In this document: in pieces, positions 28,078 through 42,048 of the stretch
How positions within the stretch are numbered: position 1 is the first letter of the stretch
Layout: each line of letters begins with the position of its first letter
Assembly: GCA_951406725.2 (NCBI GenBank)
Contig: OX597829.1
Location: 44,082,001-44,146,000, forward strand
DNA: 64,000 nt
Origin: Octopus vulgaris
Taxonomy: Eukaryota
Direction of reading: 5' to 3'
Position numbers and translations under genes: made by a program
Notes under the pieces: model-generated
The model's input: only the letters and a program-made list of their open reading frames with translations
The model's database searches: none
What the model was told of the DNA's origin: nothing

Positions 28078-28457
28078 TATGAGAAGCTGTGTGGTAAGTA
28101 GCTTGCTTACCAACCAAAAGGTTCCAGGTTCAGTCCTACTGTGGGGCACCATTGGGAAAGTGTCTTCTACTATAGCCTCGGGCCGACCAAAGCCTTGTCA
28201 TTAGATTTGGTAGACGGAAACTGAGAGAAGCATGTCGTATATATGTATATGCATGCGTGTGTATATGTGTTTGTCACCCCGACATCGCTTGACAACCGAT
28301 GCTGGTGTGTTTATGTCTCTGTAACTTAGCAGTTCGGTAAAAGTGACCGATAGAATAAGTACTAGGCTTACAATGAATAAGTCCTGAGGTCGATTTGGTC
28401 GACTAAAGGCGGTGCTCCAGCATGACCGCGGTCAAAGGACTGAAACATGTAAAAGAA
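28078..28457 (+). mobile_element. SINE family 1, head-to-head with the previous SINE
   Basis: Matches 2424-2850. Confidence 0.88.
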
Positions 28458-28927
28458 TATATATATATATGTAATTTTTTAGATATCTATTTATAGTACA
28501 AGTAGCCGCCGAGTAGACTAGGACAGTATGGCTAGTCCCTTTCCAGATGATAGTGAACGATTGGTTTTTAGGTATGGGTTCGGTTACATATTTGCGCCAT
28601 AACACCCTGGAACACTCTAAAGGTACGCACGGGCCACATTGCTGTGTTAAGCTGGACGACTGTTTAACAACGTCGTCTATCTAGATAAACTGAGCGCGTC
28701 GTAAAAGGAAAAATTCGGAGTCAGAATCAGAATCGGAATTGAACTCTTGCTACAGAATTGAATTTTCTCTCGCTAGACAACTTTTTGGCATTCTGTACAC
28801 CAAGCCATTTATCTGAATGTGTATTTCTTTCTAAGCAATTCATAGGTTCACTGGTGATAAAATATGCCATTTTCTTTAAGTCATAGATTTTAATTTGGAT
28901 ATGAAAATTTCTTCAAACCGATATAAT

Positions 28928-29335
28928 TACTCTTTTACTCTTTTACTTGTTTCAGACATTTGACTGCGGCCATGCTGGAGCACCGCCTTTAGTCGAGCAA
29001 CTCGACCCCGGGACTTATTCCATTTTTGTAAGCCCAGTACTTATTCTATCGATCTCTTTTTGCCGAACCGCTAAGTGACGGGGACCGTAAACACACCAGC
29101 ATCGGTTGTCAAGCAATGCTATGGGAACAAACACAGACACACAAACACACACACACATATATATATATATATACGACAGGCTTCTTTCAGTTTCCGTCTA
29201 CCAAATCCACTCACAAGGCATTGGTCGGCCCGGGGCTATAGTAGAAGACACTTGCCCAAGATGCCACGCAGTGGGACTGAACCCGGAACCATGTGGTTGG
29301 TTAGCAAGCTACTTACCACACAGCCACTCCTGCGC
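28928..29335 (-). mobile_element. SINE family 1
   Basis: Full-length copy. Confidence 0.9.
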
Positions 29336-30179
29336 GTTTATACTGAAATATTTATCTTAAATTTAGTTTAAATATTTATTTGTCTGGGAGTATCAGTGAA
29401 CGACTATATATATTAAGACTGCCATTTATTTTTATGATTAAGAAAACTTCCAATAATCTAAGCATAACATTCCATTCCCGCCTGGAAAAATCTCACTGCA
29501 ATAAATGTTCATATCTTTAAACAAAATGCATGAACGTTACAATTTCTGTCTAGTCACCTAAAAAAAATTCACGTTACGCTTATTTTTATTTCATATTCCA
29601 TGTTATGACTTCCCAAGGACGGCGTTGAAAAATAGACATTGCTTTTCTGACTGTTCATATCCTATATACACAAGTCAGTATGTTGTTCAAAAACGAGATC
29701 GTCCCTGACTATTTTTAGCCTTCTATATTCAGAAAGTTATTTTTAGTGGTATGCGGAAAAATTTAATGGATATCATTGGACTCTATATTCGCAATTATTA
29801 TTATTAATTTAAATTTTTGAGAAAATCAAAATAAACCAAGAACAGCCAATAAAAAGAGAGGAACATTTACTTCAGCGATACACAAACCCGTTTATTAAGA
29901 GGGTGGTTGAAATGTTGGGCAGTTAAATATTACAGTATCGCTTATAGACAACCAAGTGTGTGCGAAATAATCTCGTTGCATTTGTAACCAGAAAAGAGAA
30001 ACGGAAGTAGCGAATGTTCTTTACCTACACCGAACTTACATCTAACTATAAATAAATTTTACTGCATCAACCCAAAGAGTAAAGCTTCATTCCTTAATTC
30101 ACCCTCTTAAAAACAGTAACTTACATTGCCTTAACAATAACACTTTACCGCCTTAAAAATTTGCGGAGTTAAAACACAT

Positions 30180-30426
30180 ACTCTTTTACTCTTTTACTCT
30201 TTTACTCTTTTACTCTTTTACTTGTTCCAGTCATTTGACTGTGGCCATGCTGGAGCACCACCTTTAGTCGAACGAATCGAGCCCCGGGATTTATTCTTTG
30301 TAAGCCTATTACTTATTCTATCGGTCCCTTTTGCAGAACCGCGCTAAGTTACGGGGACGCAAACACACCAGCATCGGTTGTCAAGCGATGTTGGGGGGGA
30401 CAAACACAGATACACAGACATATACG

Positions 30427-30477
<51 letters not shown>

Positions 30478-30642
30478 CTACGACGGGCTTCTTTCAGTTT
30501 CCGTCTACCAAATCCACTCTCAAGGCTTTGGTCGGCCTGAGGCTATAGCAGAAAACACTTGCCCAAGGTGCCACGCAGTGGGACTGAACGCGGAGCCATG
30601 CGGTTCGTAAGCAAGCTACTTACCACACAGCCACTCCTACGC
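30180..30642 (-). mobile_element. SINE family 1 with (CTCTTTTA)5 tail
   Basis: Full-length copy. Confidence 0.9.
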
Positions 30643-30811
30643 ATAGTGAGTAGTTTTTATATAAAGTGCATTAGAAGTACGAATATGAAATATGCAAAAG
30701 CAACAAGCCAAGAAGCCCAAAATACTGGGCCTGTTCTTATTCATCTCCAACAAATTTTTCTCACTGAATCTACTTCATCTCAGCCCAAAATTGCTTGCTA
30801 AAGGTGAATAT

Positions 30812-31073
30812 GTGGAGGCGCGTGGCTTAGTGGTTAGGGTGTCAGCATCATGATCGTAAGATTGTAGTTTCGATTACTGGACCGGGTGACACGTTGCGTT
30901 CTTGAGCAAAACACTTCATTTCACGTTGCTCCAGTCCACTCAGCTGGCAAAAGTGAGTAACGCTGCGATGGACTGGCGTCCCGTCCAGCTGGGGAACACG
31001 TACGCCATAGAAACCGGGAAACCGGTTTTAAAGCCTGGCTAGGCTTTAAAAGGGCGCATTTATTATTTATTTT
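30812..31073 (+). mobile_element. tRNA-SINE, head H4 + tail T5
   Basis: A-box TGGCTTAGTGG, B-box GTTTCGATT, V-domain-like CTGCGATGGACTGGCGTCCCGTCCAG. Probable TSD TAAAG(G/C)TGAATAT. Confidence 0.85.
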
Positions 31074-31460
31074 TAAAGCTGAATATATTTCTCTTCAGCT
31101 TGATTGCAAAGCTCTAAAGAAATGCTTGATTCTCGTACCAATAGGCAACTCAACAGTGATTATTAGTTAATTGCTCTGTACCTTATTCACTAAAGCTCTT
31201 TTTGATAAGTTGTGTAACTACATATTGAGTGCAGTCACAGTACTCATGTTAAATGTTGTTGGTCATAATCAGCTGGGCAAAGTTCCCACTTTGCCATGCT
31301 TATATGTTCTATTATAATTTTCATTTGAAAATCATAGGAGTTAATACATTCACCGTCATAATATTCTTTAATTCGAAAGCTGGTACTAATATTACAAGTT
31401 ATCGCAACCATTTCTGCGACCAGTTATTTCATGCGTATGCCTATGACTTACATACATACA

Positions 31461-31534
<74 letters not shown>

Positions 31535-31551
31535 TATATATACATACATAC

Positions 31552-31604
<53 letters not shown>

Positions 31605-31671
31605 CATGAATAGGAAAATTGAATAAGGAGACGGACTCTCGGGATGTAGTTAAACCATTTATATCTGGGAA

Positions 31672-31758
31672 CCGTCTACACGTGTTTCGACGAATGCACT
31701 CCAACAATGTCCAACGGGATAAATTATGATCAGCAATGCATCAATCTCAACAGGAAGG
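31672..31758 (-). ncRNA. Degenerate type I hammerhead ribozyme motif (probable Penelope-like pLTR remnant)
   Basis: Minus strand: CCTTC-CTGTTGA-[GAT..ATGCA..TGCAT..GTC]-GAAA-CACGTG-TA-GACGG. Palindromic stem III; one core substitution (A6>U). Confidence 0.5.
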
Positions 31759-31894
31759 ATATACGTAACAAACTCATCAAACAGACATTTTAATAGAAAT
31801 AGAAAGTCCTATAAAATCTAACGTATTTATATTCATATGCACACATACGTATCTATGTAAGCATAAACATACATACATATAAAGATGCGTGTGT

Positions 31895-32212
31895 GGAGGT
31901 GCAATGGCCCAGTGGTTAGGGCAGCGGACTCGTGATCGGAGGATCGCGGTTTCGATTCCCAGACCGGGCGTTGTGTGTGTTTATTGAGTGAAAAGATCTA
32001 AAGTTACACGAGGCTCCGGCAGGGGGTGATGGCGACCCCTGTTGTACTCTTTCGCCCTAACTTTCTCTCACTATTTCTTCCTGTTTCTTGAGGAATACTG
32101 CGATGGACTGGTGTCCCGTCCAGCTGTGGGGGAACACATACGCCATAGAAACCGGGAAACCGGGTTTATGAGCCTGGCTAGGTTTGAAAAGGGCGCATAA
32201 ATAAAAATAAAA
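31895..32212 (+). mobile_element. tRNA-SINE, head H3 + tail T5
   Basis: 5' part matches 61685; 3' part matches 30960-31060. Confidence 0.85.
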
Positions 32213-32216
32213 TAAT

Positions 32217-32287
<71 letters not shown>

Positions 32288-32296
32288 CAAACAGAC

Positions 32297-32344
<48 letters not shown>

Positions 32345-32769
32345 GTTTATATGTGTGTGTGTATGCATGTAGATTTCTGCATGTTTGTGTCTATGTATGT
32401 GTCTGTCTAAGTTTATGAGGAATAGAAATAAAACCTAGAAAAGATAATATGATTAATTACTAATGAAACAATTAGGTCACAGCCACCCCTCGAGCAGGTT
32501 TCTGGTGCGAAAAATAAAAGTTTTTTTCAGCGAGAACATCTTTTAACTTACTTCGTAATCTTTTTTTAATGAAGAACTCAACTAGTGAGAAATTTAACAA
32601 ACTTACCCCCATAGAATGTGCGAACATTAGATAAGAGATAATAGGATATTTCAAATCTCTTATACACCATCCCTACCTTGGCTCCTGGAGATAAAATTTT
32701 TTTCTTTGTTAGTGTGTGCGCGCCATTTTTTTTAGTGCATGTATACATAAATACATACATACTCACATA

Positions 32770-32818
<49 letters not shown>

Positions 32819-33226
32819 ATGTATATATATATGTATATATATATATATATATATATACATACTTATATATACATGTGTAGATATTAGAGTACTGAAATGA
32901 CATTTCTTCCTGATACAGCCGATTATTTGGCTGTAGATATGCGTGCGTTCATACCTATATATGTGACATACGTGTACATGTATATCCATATATATATATA
33001 TATATATGTTTCTATATTTATATATATACATATGTAGATATATGTACACATACACACACACACACATATGGTTGAAACCGGAAGTCTCAGTTCAATTTTT
33101 GAACTTGTTCATACACGCGCGCGCGCATGCACACACATATATGTTCGTGAATAAGTTCTAATTGCGTGCTTATGTATACATATAGATATGTATATATATT
33201 CTTATATTTGTGTGTGTATGTATATA

Positions 33227-33307
<81 letters not shown>

Positions 33308-33318
33308 TATATAGAAGG

Positions 33319-33369
33319 AGCTTCTACAGGACTAGTACTGTTTCATTCAAGAGAAATCTTCAGGAAGCT
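33319..33369 (-). ncRNA. Type I hammerhead ribozyme motif (inverted copy)
   Basis: Exact reverse complement of 36775-36825. Confidence 0.75.
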
Positions 33370-33814
33370 ATTTAACAAGAATTGTATTAGCATTTATACA
33401 TTTAGGCAGGTTTAAAGGAGTGGTGGTGGGGGACTTTTTGGGGGTAGGCATAGCGCAAAATATCATACTTGGGGGAGTGGTCAAGGAGTCAGTGGTAAGT
33501 TAGATGAAAGAATAGATAAATAAAAAAAATAAAAAAATAAAAAATAAAAAAATAAAATAAAATAAAATAAAATAAAAAAATAAAAAATATTAAAAAAAAA
33601 CCCTACAACCCCCCCAACCCCACTGTTCCCCTAGCACCCCCGATTACCTTTTCTCCTAAGACCTTTCACATATTATATGTGCACGCTTGTATATGTGTAT
33701 CGTATGTATGTATGTATATATGTATAGAAATGCATGGGTACAGTAGGAATATACGCATGTATTATGTGTGTGTGTGTGTATGTATGCATGTAAAAATATA
33801 TATGTATATATATT

Positions 33815-33853
<39 letters not shown>

Positions 33854-34515
33854 GCTTGTATGTGTGTGTGTGTGTATATGTGTATATGTGTTTGTATGTA
33901 TATGTGTATATATGTATATGCATATGTATGTGTAAATGTATGTGCTTATGTATGTGTATGTATGTATAAAATATTATATAATTAGGGCTTAGGAAAATAA
34001 AATAAATTACTTTGCCACATACTAAACTTTCTAGAAATAGCAGCCAATAAAGTTTTTTAGCCTCTTCCACTACTTAGAGAATTTTTTTCCCTCTAACATT
34101 GTTTACTCAAAATAATAATGGTCCCTTTACATACTGAACACTTGATGAAATTGATTAATAACTAATTAACTTTACCCTCCCTTGTTGATATATATATACA
34201 TATGTATATGTGTACATGTATGTATATGTATATATATATATATATGTGTGTGTGTATGTGTGTATGTATGTATTTGTATATATGTGTGTGTGTATATGTA
34301 TGTGTGCGCGTGTGTGTGTATGTATGTGTATGTATACTTGTATATGTATATGCATGAATGTATATATATGTGTGTGTATATGTGTATTATGTATGTATTT
34401 ATATAGATATGTAGTTTATATATATATATGTATGTATATGCATCTGTCTGTGTGTGTGTATGTGTATATATGTGTATCATTTTTGCGTATGTATACATGT
34501 ATATGTGTATATGTA

Positions 34516-34564
<49 letters not shown>

Positions 34565-34757
34565 GTATATATATATATATGCATACGTATGTGTATGTAC
34601 ATGTATATATGTATGTGTGTATATGTATATATGTTTATATATGTGAGTACGTAGTGATATAAGTATATGCATGTGTATGTATGGGTATGTGTATCAGTGT
34701 ATATGTATATATGTATGTGTGTGTGTATGTATATGTATGTATATGTGTATATATGTA

Positions 34758-34790
<33 letters not shown>

Positions 34791-34853
34791 GTGTATATGT
34801 GTGTATGTATGTGTATGTGTATGTATGTGTATATATATCTATATATGTATATA

Positions 34854-34895
<42 letters not shown>

Positions 34896-35385
34896 TGCGT
34901 GTGTGTATGTATGCATATATGTATGTATGCATGTATATGTGTATGTATATATATGTGTGTAAGTGTGTGCATATATGTATTTGTAAGTATGTGTGCGCGT
35001 ATGAGTATGTATGTATGCTTGCACACGTGTATATATATGTGTGTGTGTGTATATATATGGATGCGCGTGCGTGTGTGCACGTGTATGGGTACGCATGTAT
35101 ATGTGTATGTGCGTGTATGCGTATACGTGTATGTATGTATGTGTGTGCGTAGATTTGTATATGTATGTGTGAGTGTGTATATATATATATATATATATAC
35201 ATATATATAGATGGGTGTGTGTATGCGTATAAATGCATGTAAGTATGGATGTATGGATGTATGTATGTATGTATACGTATGTATGTGTGTATGTGTGTAT
35301 GTATATATATATGTGTGTATATATGTTTGTGTATGTATATATATGTGTATGTATGTGTGTGTATATGTATGTGTGTATGTGTATG

Positions 35386-35455
<70 letters not shown>

Positions 35456-36349
35456 TATGTATCTGTATGTAGGAGTATATATGTGTGTGTGTGTATGTAT
35501 ATGCGGGTATATATATATATATATATGTATATTTATTGGTGTATATGTATAGACTAGCCTCCTAAAGTGTAGACACGAATCTGTAGGTACGAGTACGTAT
35601 GTGTATATACGTGAACGTATGTAGATGTTTGTATGTATGAATATAACGCGTGCGTACGTGTATGTGTATGAGTGTACGAATGGGTGAATGTACGTGCTAA
35701 TGAGAGTGCGTGCGGGAATGAGTACTTGCCTTCTAGTAGACAGACAAATGGACATGCAGCCATTGCCAGGATTCTTAGCCCTAGCGATCAAAGATAACAA
35801 AAGTAATAAATGAAGATAATAAAATTAAAATTAGGGAATGGGCCTGTATTGGATTGTATATATATATATGTATATGTATATTTGTATGTATGTATGTGTG
35901 TATGTGTAGGTATGTATAGGTACACATGTGTATGTGTATGTGTATGTATATATGTGTGTATGTATGTATGTGCACACATGTATATATATGTATGCGTGTA
36001 TATGTTTATATATATATATATGTGTACATAGGTGTATGTGGGTGTATGTTTATATAGGTGTAAATATGTGTATATAGGGAACTAGGTGTGTTGTGTGTGC
36101 ATGAGTGTATGTGCGTATGAATATATATTTTTATGTGTATATATGTATGTGTGGTCGTGGGTATATATATATATATATATATAAATGTGTGTATGCGTGC
36201 ATGCATGGGAGTGAGTGTATGCATATATACGTGTGTGTATGTGTAGACAGGTATAGGCATGTGCATGTGTATAAATTTGTATATGTGGGCGGGTGTATGT
36301 ATGTGTGTATGTAGATATGTATGTATGTGTGTACATATGTATATGTATG

Positions 36350-36382
<33 letters not shown>

Positions 36383-36774
36383 GTGTGTGTATATATATGT
36401 GTATGTATGTATGTGTGTGTAGATACGTATACATGTGTGTATAGGTATAAGTGAGAATCTCCTTATTTACCTATAACTCTATCCCCCTTTTTTTATATAT
36501 ATATTTTTTTATATATATATATTTTATATATATATTTTTTTATATATATTTTTTATATTTTTTATTTTTTTATTTTATTTTATTTTATTTTATTTTTTTA
36601 TTTTTTATTTTTTTATTTTTTTATTTATCTATTCTTTCATCTAACTTACCACTGACTCCTTGACCACTCCCCCAAGTATGATATTTTGAGCTATGCCTAC
36701 CCCCAAAAAGTCCCCCACCACCACTCCTTTAAACCTGCCTAAATGTATAAATGCTAATACAATTCTTGTTAAAT

Positions 36775-36825
36775 AGCTTCCTGAAGATTTCTCTTGAATG
36801 AAACAGTACTAGTCCTGTAGAAGCT
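36775..36825 (+). ncRNA. Type I hammerhead ribozyme motif
   Basis: AGCTTC-CTGAAGA-tTTCtcttGAAt-GAAA-CAGtactagtcCTG-TA-GAAGCT. Six-bp stem I, intact CUGANGA/GAAA core, GUA cleavage triplet, near-palindromic stem III, weak stem II. Confidence 0.78.
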
Positions 36826-36908
36826 CCTTCTATATAATAAATTAATTTTACTCTGCTATGTATTGAGTACCTTACTTACTGTGGTTAACCCCGAATCAAC
36901 CCGGGACC

Positions 36909-37005
<97 letters not shown>

Positions 37006-37314
37006 GTAAGTATGTATACCTCTATAAATATATTTGTATAGAGGGTGAGACGAAGAAAGTGGATATAGATAGATACATATGTTGTTATATCAAAATCTAC
37101 CTACAAACACTCTCACACACACACATACGCACACGCAACACACTGGCACACACAAACACACAGGCACACTTACATGCACGCACATAAGTTCAGTTAGTTT
37201 ATAAGAATTACTATACCGTTCTAAAGACTCGTTCATACAACCCATAATATATTTAGTACGACATTACACTTGCATTTTAAGAAACTTTTTGTTTTAATTT
37301 ATGGCTCTAAGTAT

Positions 37315-37524
37315 TACTCTTTACTCTTTTACTTGTTTCAGTCATTTGACTGCGGCCATGCTGGAGCACCGCCTTTAGTCGAGCAAATCGATCCCGGGAC
37401 TTATTCTTTGTAAGCCCAGTACCTATTCTATCGGTCTCTTTTGCCGAACTGCTAAGTTACGGGGACGTAAACACACCAGCATCGGTTGTCAAGCAATGCT
37501 AGAGGGACAAACACAGACACACAA

Positions 37525-37579
<55 letters not shown>

Positions 37580-37735
37580 TACGACAGGCTTCTTTCAGTT
37601 TCCGTCTACCAAATCCACTCATAAGGCATTGGTCGGCCCGGGGCTATAGCAGAAGACACTTGCCCAAGATGCCACGCAGTGGGACTGAACCCGGAACCAT
37701 GTGTTTGGTTAGCAAGCTACTTACCACACAGCCAC
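37315..37735 (-). mobile_element. SINE family 1
   Basis: Near full-length copy. Confidence 0.9.
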
Positions 37736-37992
37736 AATGTTTTCTTGTCAATTATTTCCTAGTTTCCTCCAAGAAAAATATTTTCCAGGTGTTTGATATT
37801 TCAATAAATTTTCTGTATGGATGGTCGATTCCATCAGCATTTTTACAATCTAGAAATGTTGTGTATAAAATTTACATGTTTCTGGTGATCTGACATTAAG
37901 TCCGATTATGCAATATACATAATATAACTAATAATTACAGTCAGTTAATGAAACGTAAGTAAGACAGGGGTAAGTCAATATCGTAGAAGCAA

Positions 37993-38968
37993 CTAAGGCG
38001 GCGAGCTGGCAGAATCATTAGCACGCTGGGCGAAATGCTCAACGGTATTTCTCCTGCCGTTACGTTCTGAGTTCAAATTCTGCCGCGGTCGACTTTGCCT
38101 TTCATCCTTTCGGGGTCGATAAATTAAATACCAGTTACGCACTGGGGTCAATATGATAGACTTAATCTGTTGTCTGTCCTTGTTTGTCCTCTCTGTATTT
38201 AGCCCCTTGTGGGTAGTAAAGAAACGGATATTTCGTCTGGCGCTACGTTCTGAGTTCAAATATCGCCGAGGTCGACTTTGCCTTTCATCCTTTCGGGGTC
38301 GATTAAATAAGTACCAGTTACGTGTTGGGGTCGATGTAATCGACTTAATCCGTCTGTCTGTCCTTGTTTGTCCCCTCTGTGTTTAGCCCCTTGTGGGTAG
38401 TAAAGAAATAGGTATTTCGTCTGCCGCTACGTTCTGAGTTCACACTCCACCGAGGTTGACTTTGCCTTTCATCATTTCGGGGTCGATAAATTAAGTACCA
38501 GTTACGCTCTGGGTTCGATGTAATCGGCTTAATCCCTTTGTCTGTCCTTGTTTGCCCTCTCTGTGTTTATCCCCTTGTGGGTAGTAAAGAAACAGGTATT
38601 TCGTCTGCCGCTACGTTCTGAGTTCAAATTCCGCCGAGGTCGACTTTGCCTTTCATCCTTTCGGGCGTCGATGAATTAAGTACCAGTTACGCACTGGTGT
38701 CGATGTAATCGACTTAATCTCTTTGTCTGTCCTTGTTTGTCCCCTCTGTGTTTAACCCCTTGTGGGCAACAAAGAAACCTTGGCGCGCCCTGCGAAATGC
38801 ATGCAGGTATTTCGTCTGTCTTTATGTTCTGAATTCAAATTCCGCCGACTTTGCCTTTCATCCTTTTGGGATCGATAAATTAAGTACCAGTTGCGTACTG
38901 GAGTCGATCTAATCGACTGGCCCTCTTCCTCAAAATTTCAGACCTTGTGCCTAGAGTAGAAAAGAATA
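37993..38968 (+). mobile_element. Tandem pentamer of SINE family 2 (~184-bp units)
   Basis: GGTATTTCGTCTG-type unit starts near 38043, 38227, 38411, 38596 and 38806. Four units end in tail A, the last in tail B. Confidence 0.9.
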
Positions 38969-39175
38969 TCGTAGAAACAACATGTTTTACTTTAGCTTTC
39001 TGCTTGTACTCTGTGAAAAACCTTAACTGCGGATTCATCACAGGCGAAACAAATACAATTACACGGATGGGAATAGACATGGACCCCGAAATACTGGTTA
39101 TATGTCTCGTAATTTCATGTTGAAATTGTACAAGAGGAATACCCGCCCCAAAATACTCCCTTTTACCCGCTCAGA

Positions 39176-39235
<60 letters not shown>

Positions 39236-40522
39236 CACACACTGTTAACGTCATAAAAATATGTACATACATACATATATATGTACGTAAAGATAGATGG
39301 GCAGATAGATAAATAGACAGACTGACAGACAGATAGATAGATGTACTTACACACGCACACTCGCACACATACATACAGAAACACACACACACACATATCC
39401 TGTGTGTACGCATGATTGTTTCTGTACTGGACTACTTAAACCAAAAACAAACTGTTTCAAATTCCCCTCAGGATATTGAACACCACGCCATCGCAAACAC
39501 AAATTCTCACTCTAGAAAACCCATTTGAAAAATATTATCATTGTACACCTTTCCAGAGCATAAAATCTTTTTTTCTATACGAAAACAAAAACCATATCAC
39601 ACAAAACAACAGAAAAATAAAATAAAAAATAAATAAAGACCATTTTATCGTAATTACCTATTCTATTCGATTAAGGATAACGGTAGGATTGATGTGCATA
39701 TGAAAGGTCAGCTAATTCAATTATATGTCAGACTTCTGCTGCCGCGCCGTCTTGGTGATATCTTTGCCGTATGTATGGTCGGTCTCCCTACACTCCTTTA
39801 TATACGTTTTACAAACTTCCCTGGTGCTCAACACATTTTCCTTATCTCTTGTAAACAAAGCTATTTTCTTTTTCTCTTATTTTCTTTTTTTTCCTTAATT
39901 TCAATGCTATATGGTACCTAGAATACACTCCACTCGCTATCTGTCAATTTAACGCCATTTAAGCACTTCTAAATCCAAGCAAGATATAAAGAACACTTAA
40001 CGCCTTTTAAATGCCATAAGTACATGCTGCCCAGGTGACCCTTTTCTTCTCTAATTGAGCTTCATATAGATAAACGAATGCTTGCCTTAATCCAACACTT
40101 CAGATTTTAAGCTGACTCTACTCTACTCTACTCTCAATTAACAACCTATCTTCAGATCGACAAACTCATACATCAAATAAAGAGCTGGGATTTTTTTTTC
40201 CCCTACAATTTTCAAGGTTAAATCTGACTTTTGTTTGAGTTTGGGTATTTAGATTAGAAGATATTTCTACGCTCTTGCTCATTTCTTTAATTTGTCGTTG
40301 AAATAAGATATTTTTAAAACCCACGGTTATGAGTCGCTTTGAGATTTATATATCGGGATGAAATTTAGGCTATTATTCTTGGTCAGAAAATGATCGAGCA
40401 TCACAAAATTATTATTATTTTCGGCAACTATAAGTTCAAGTTTTAGGTCAGCGAAACAAGTCAATTGATAAACTGACGGTCTAGGAATATTATTGCTCTT
40501 TTAGATGTGGTTGTTTTATGAT

Positions 40523-40905
40523 GGAAGCACTCCGTCGGTTACGGCGACGAGGGTTCCGGTTGATCCGAATCAACGGAACAGCCTGCTCGTGAAATTAACG
40601 TCTAAGTGGCTGAGCACTCCACAGACACGTGTACCCTTAACGTAGTTCTCGGGGATATTCAGCGTGACACAGAGAGTGACAAGGCCGGACCTTTGAAATA
40701 CGGGTACAACAGAAACAGGAAGTAAGAGTGAGAGAAAGTTGTGGTGAAAGAGTACAGCAGGGATCACCACCATCCCCTGCCGGAGCCTCGTGGAGCTTTA
40801 GGTGTTTTCGCTCAATAAACACTCACAACGCCCGGTCTGGGAATCGAAACCGCGATCCTATGACCGCGAGTCCGCTGCCCTAACCACTGGGCTATTGCGC
40901 CTCCA
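40523..40905 (-). mobile_element. tRNA-SINE family 3 (head H3 + tail T3) with a 37-bp TSD
   Basis: Reverse complement of 61685-62068. Flanking duplication at 40482-40518 and 40909-40945. Confidence 0.92.
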
Positions 40906-41571
40906 CGTTAGGAATATTATTGCTCTTTTAGCTGTGGTTGTTTTAGAGGCCTAGATCAACCTCGTTCGAGTAGATCAATTTTCAGTGGCTTTACCGCCTC
41001 AACAAATATCAAATTATTTTCAGATATGCTAAGTCGAAGACTATATTAACCAATGAGTCCTTCATAAGTTAAGTTGGAGGCGGGGTGTTGAGAGGAATTA
41101 GGAGACTATATTAAACAGGTCTTTTTTTACTCTTTTATTTTTACTACTATTTTACTCTTTTATTTGTTTCAGTTATTTGACTGCGGCCATGCCGGAGCAC
41201 CGCCTTTAGCCGAACACATCGACCCCAGGGCTTATTCTTTGTAAGCCTATTAATTATTATATGTCTGTTTTTTGCCGAACCGCTAAGTTACGGGAGACAT
41301 AAACATGCCAACATCCGGGTGGGAGTGACAAACACAGACACACAAATGCACTCACACACACACATACGCGTATATATATATATATATATGAATAAAAATG
41401 GAGTTAACGCAGGTTTAAACAAGTATTTTTACTTTCTACATATGTTTCAAAAATTCCACTGATACTTATTCAAAAGAATAAAAAGTATAAACAATGCAAT
41501 CTTCTCTTGCTGCCCTGGTAACTATTCATTCATTTATCCGTGTTAATTGTTAACAAGGTAAAATACACTCA

Positions 41572-41619
<48 letters not shown>

Positions 41620-41621
<2 letters not shown>

Positions 41622-41837
41622 CTCTTTTACGCTTTTACTTGTTTCAGTCATTTGGCTGCGGCCATGCTGGAGCACCGCCTTTTAGTCGAGCAAATCGACC
41701 CCGGGACTTATTCTTTGTAAGCCCAGTACTTATTCTATCGGTCTCTTTTGCCGAACTGCTAAGTGACGGGGACGTAAACACACCAGCATCGGTTGTCAAG
41801 CAATGCTAGGGGGACAAACACAGACACACAAACACAT

Positions 41838-41920
<83 letters not shown>

Positions 41921-42048
41921 TACGACAGGCTTCTTTCAGTTTTCGCCTACCAAATCCACTCACAAGGCTGTGGTCAGCCCGAGGCTATAGTAGAAAACAC
42001 TTGCCCAGGGTGCCACGACTGAACTCGGAACCATTTGGTTTAGGAAGC
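41620..42048 (-). mobile_element. SINE family 1
   Basis: Near full-length copy; another partial copy at ~41125-41380. Confidence 0.88.

Larger units (their letters stand above)
33302..36911 (+). mobile_element. Non-coding Penelope-like element with ~290-bp near-perfect inverted terminal repeats, each with a hammerhead motif, and a low-complexity interior
   Basis: 33302-~33590 is the reverse complement of ~36555-36842, with about one mismatch outside the A-rich tract. The right copy extends ~70 bp further. Both flanks are (TA)n. Confidence 0.75.

Noticed and set aside
37993-38968. CRISPR-like regular repeats (also 17260-17861 and 63633-64000)
   Set aside because: Whole units repeat with no unique spacers, there are no cas genes, and the context is eukaryotic.
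41395-41515. Hammerhead-like half motif GAAACATATGTAGAAAG on the minus strand
   Set aside because: No CUGANGA box can be found; at most a decayed remnant.
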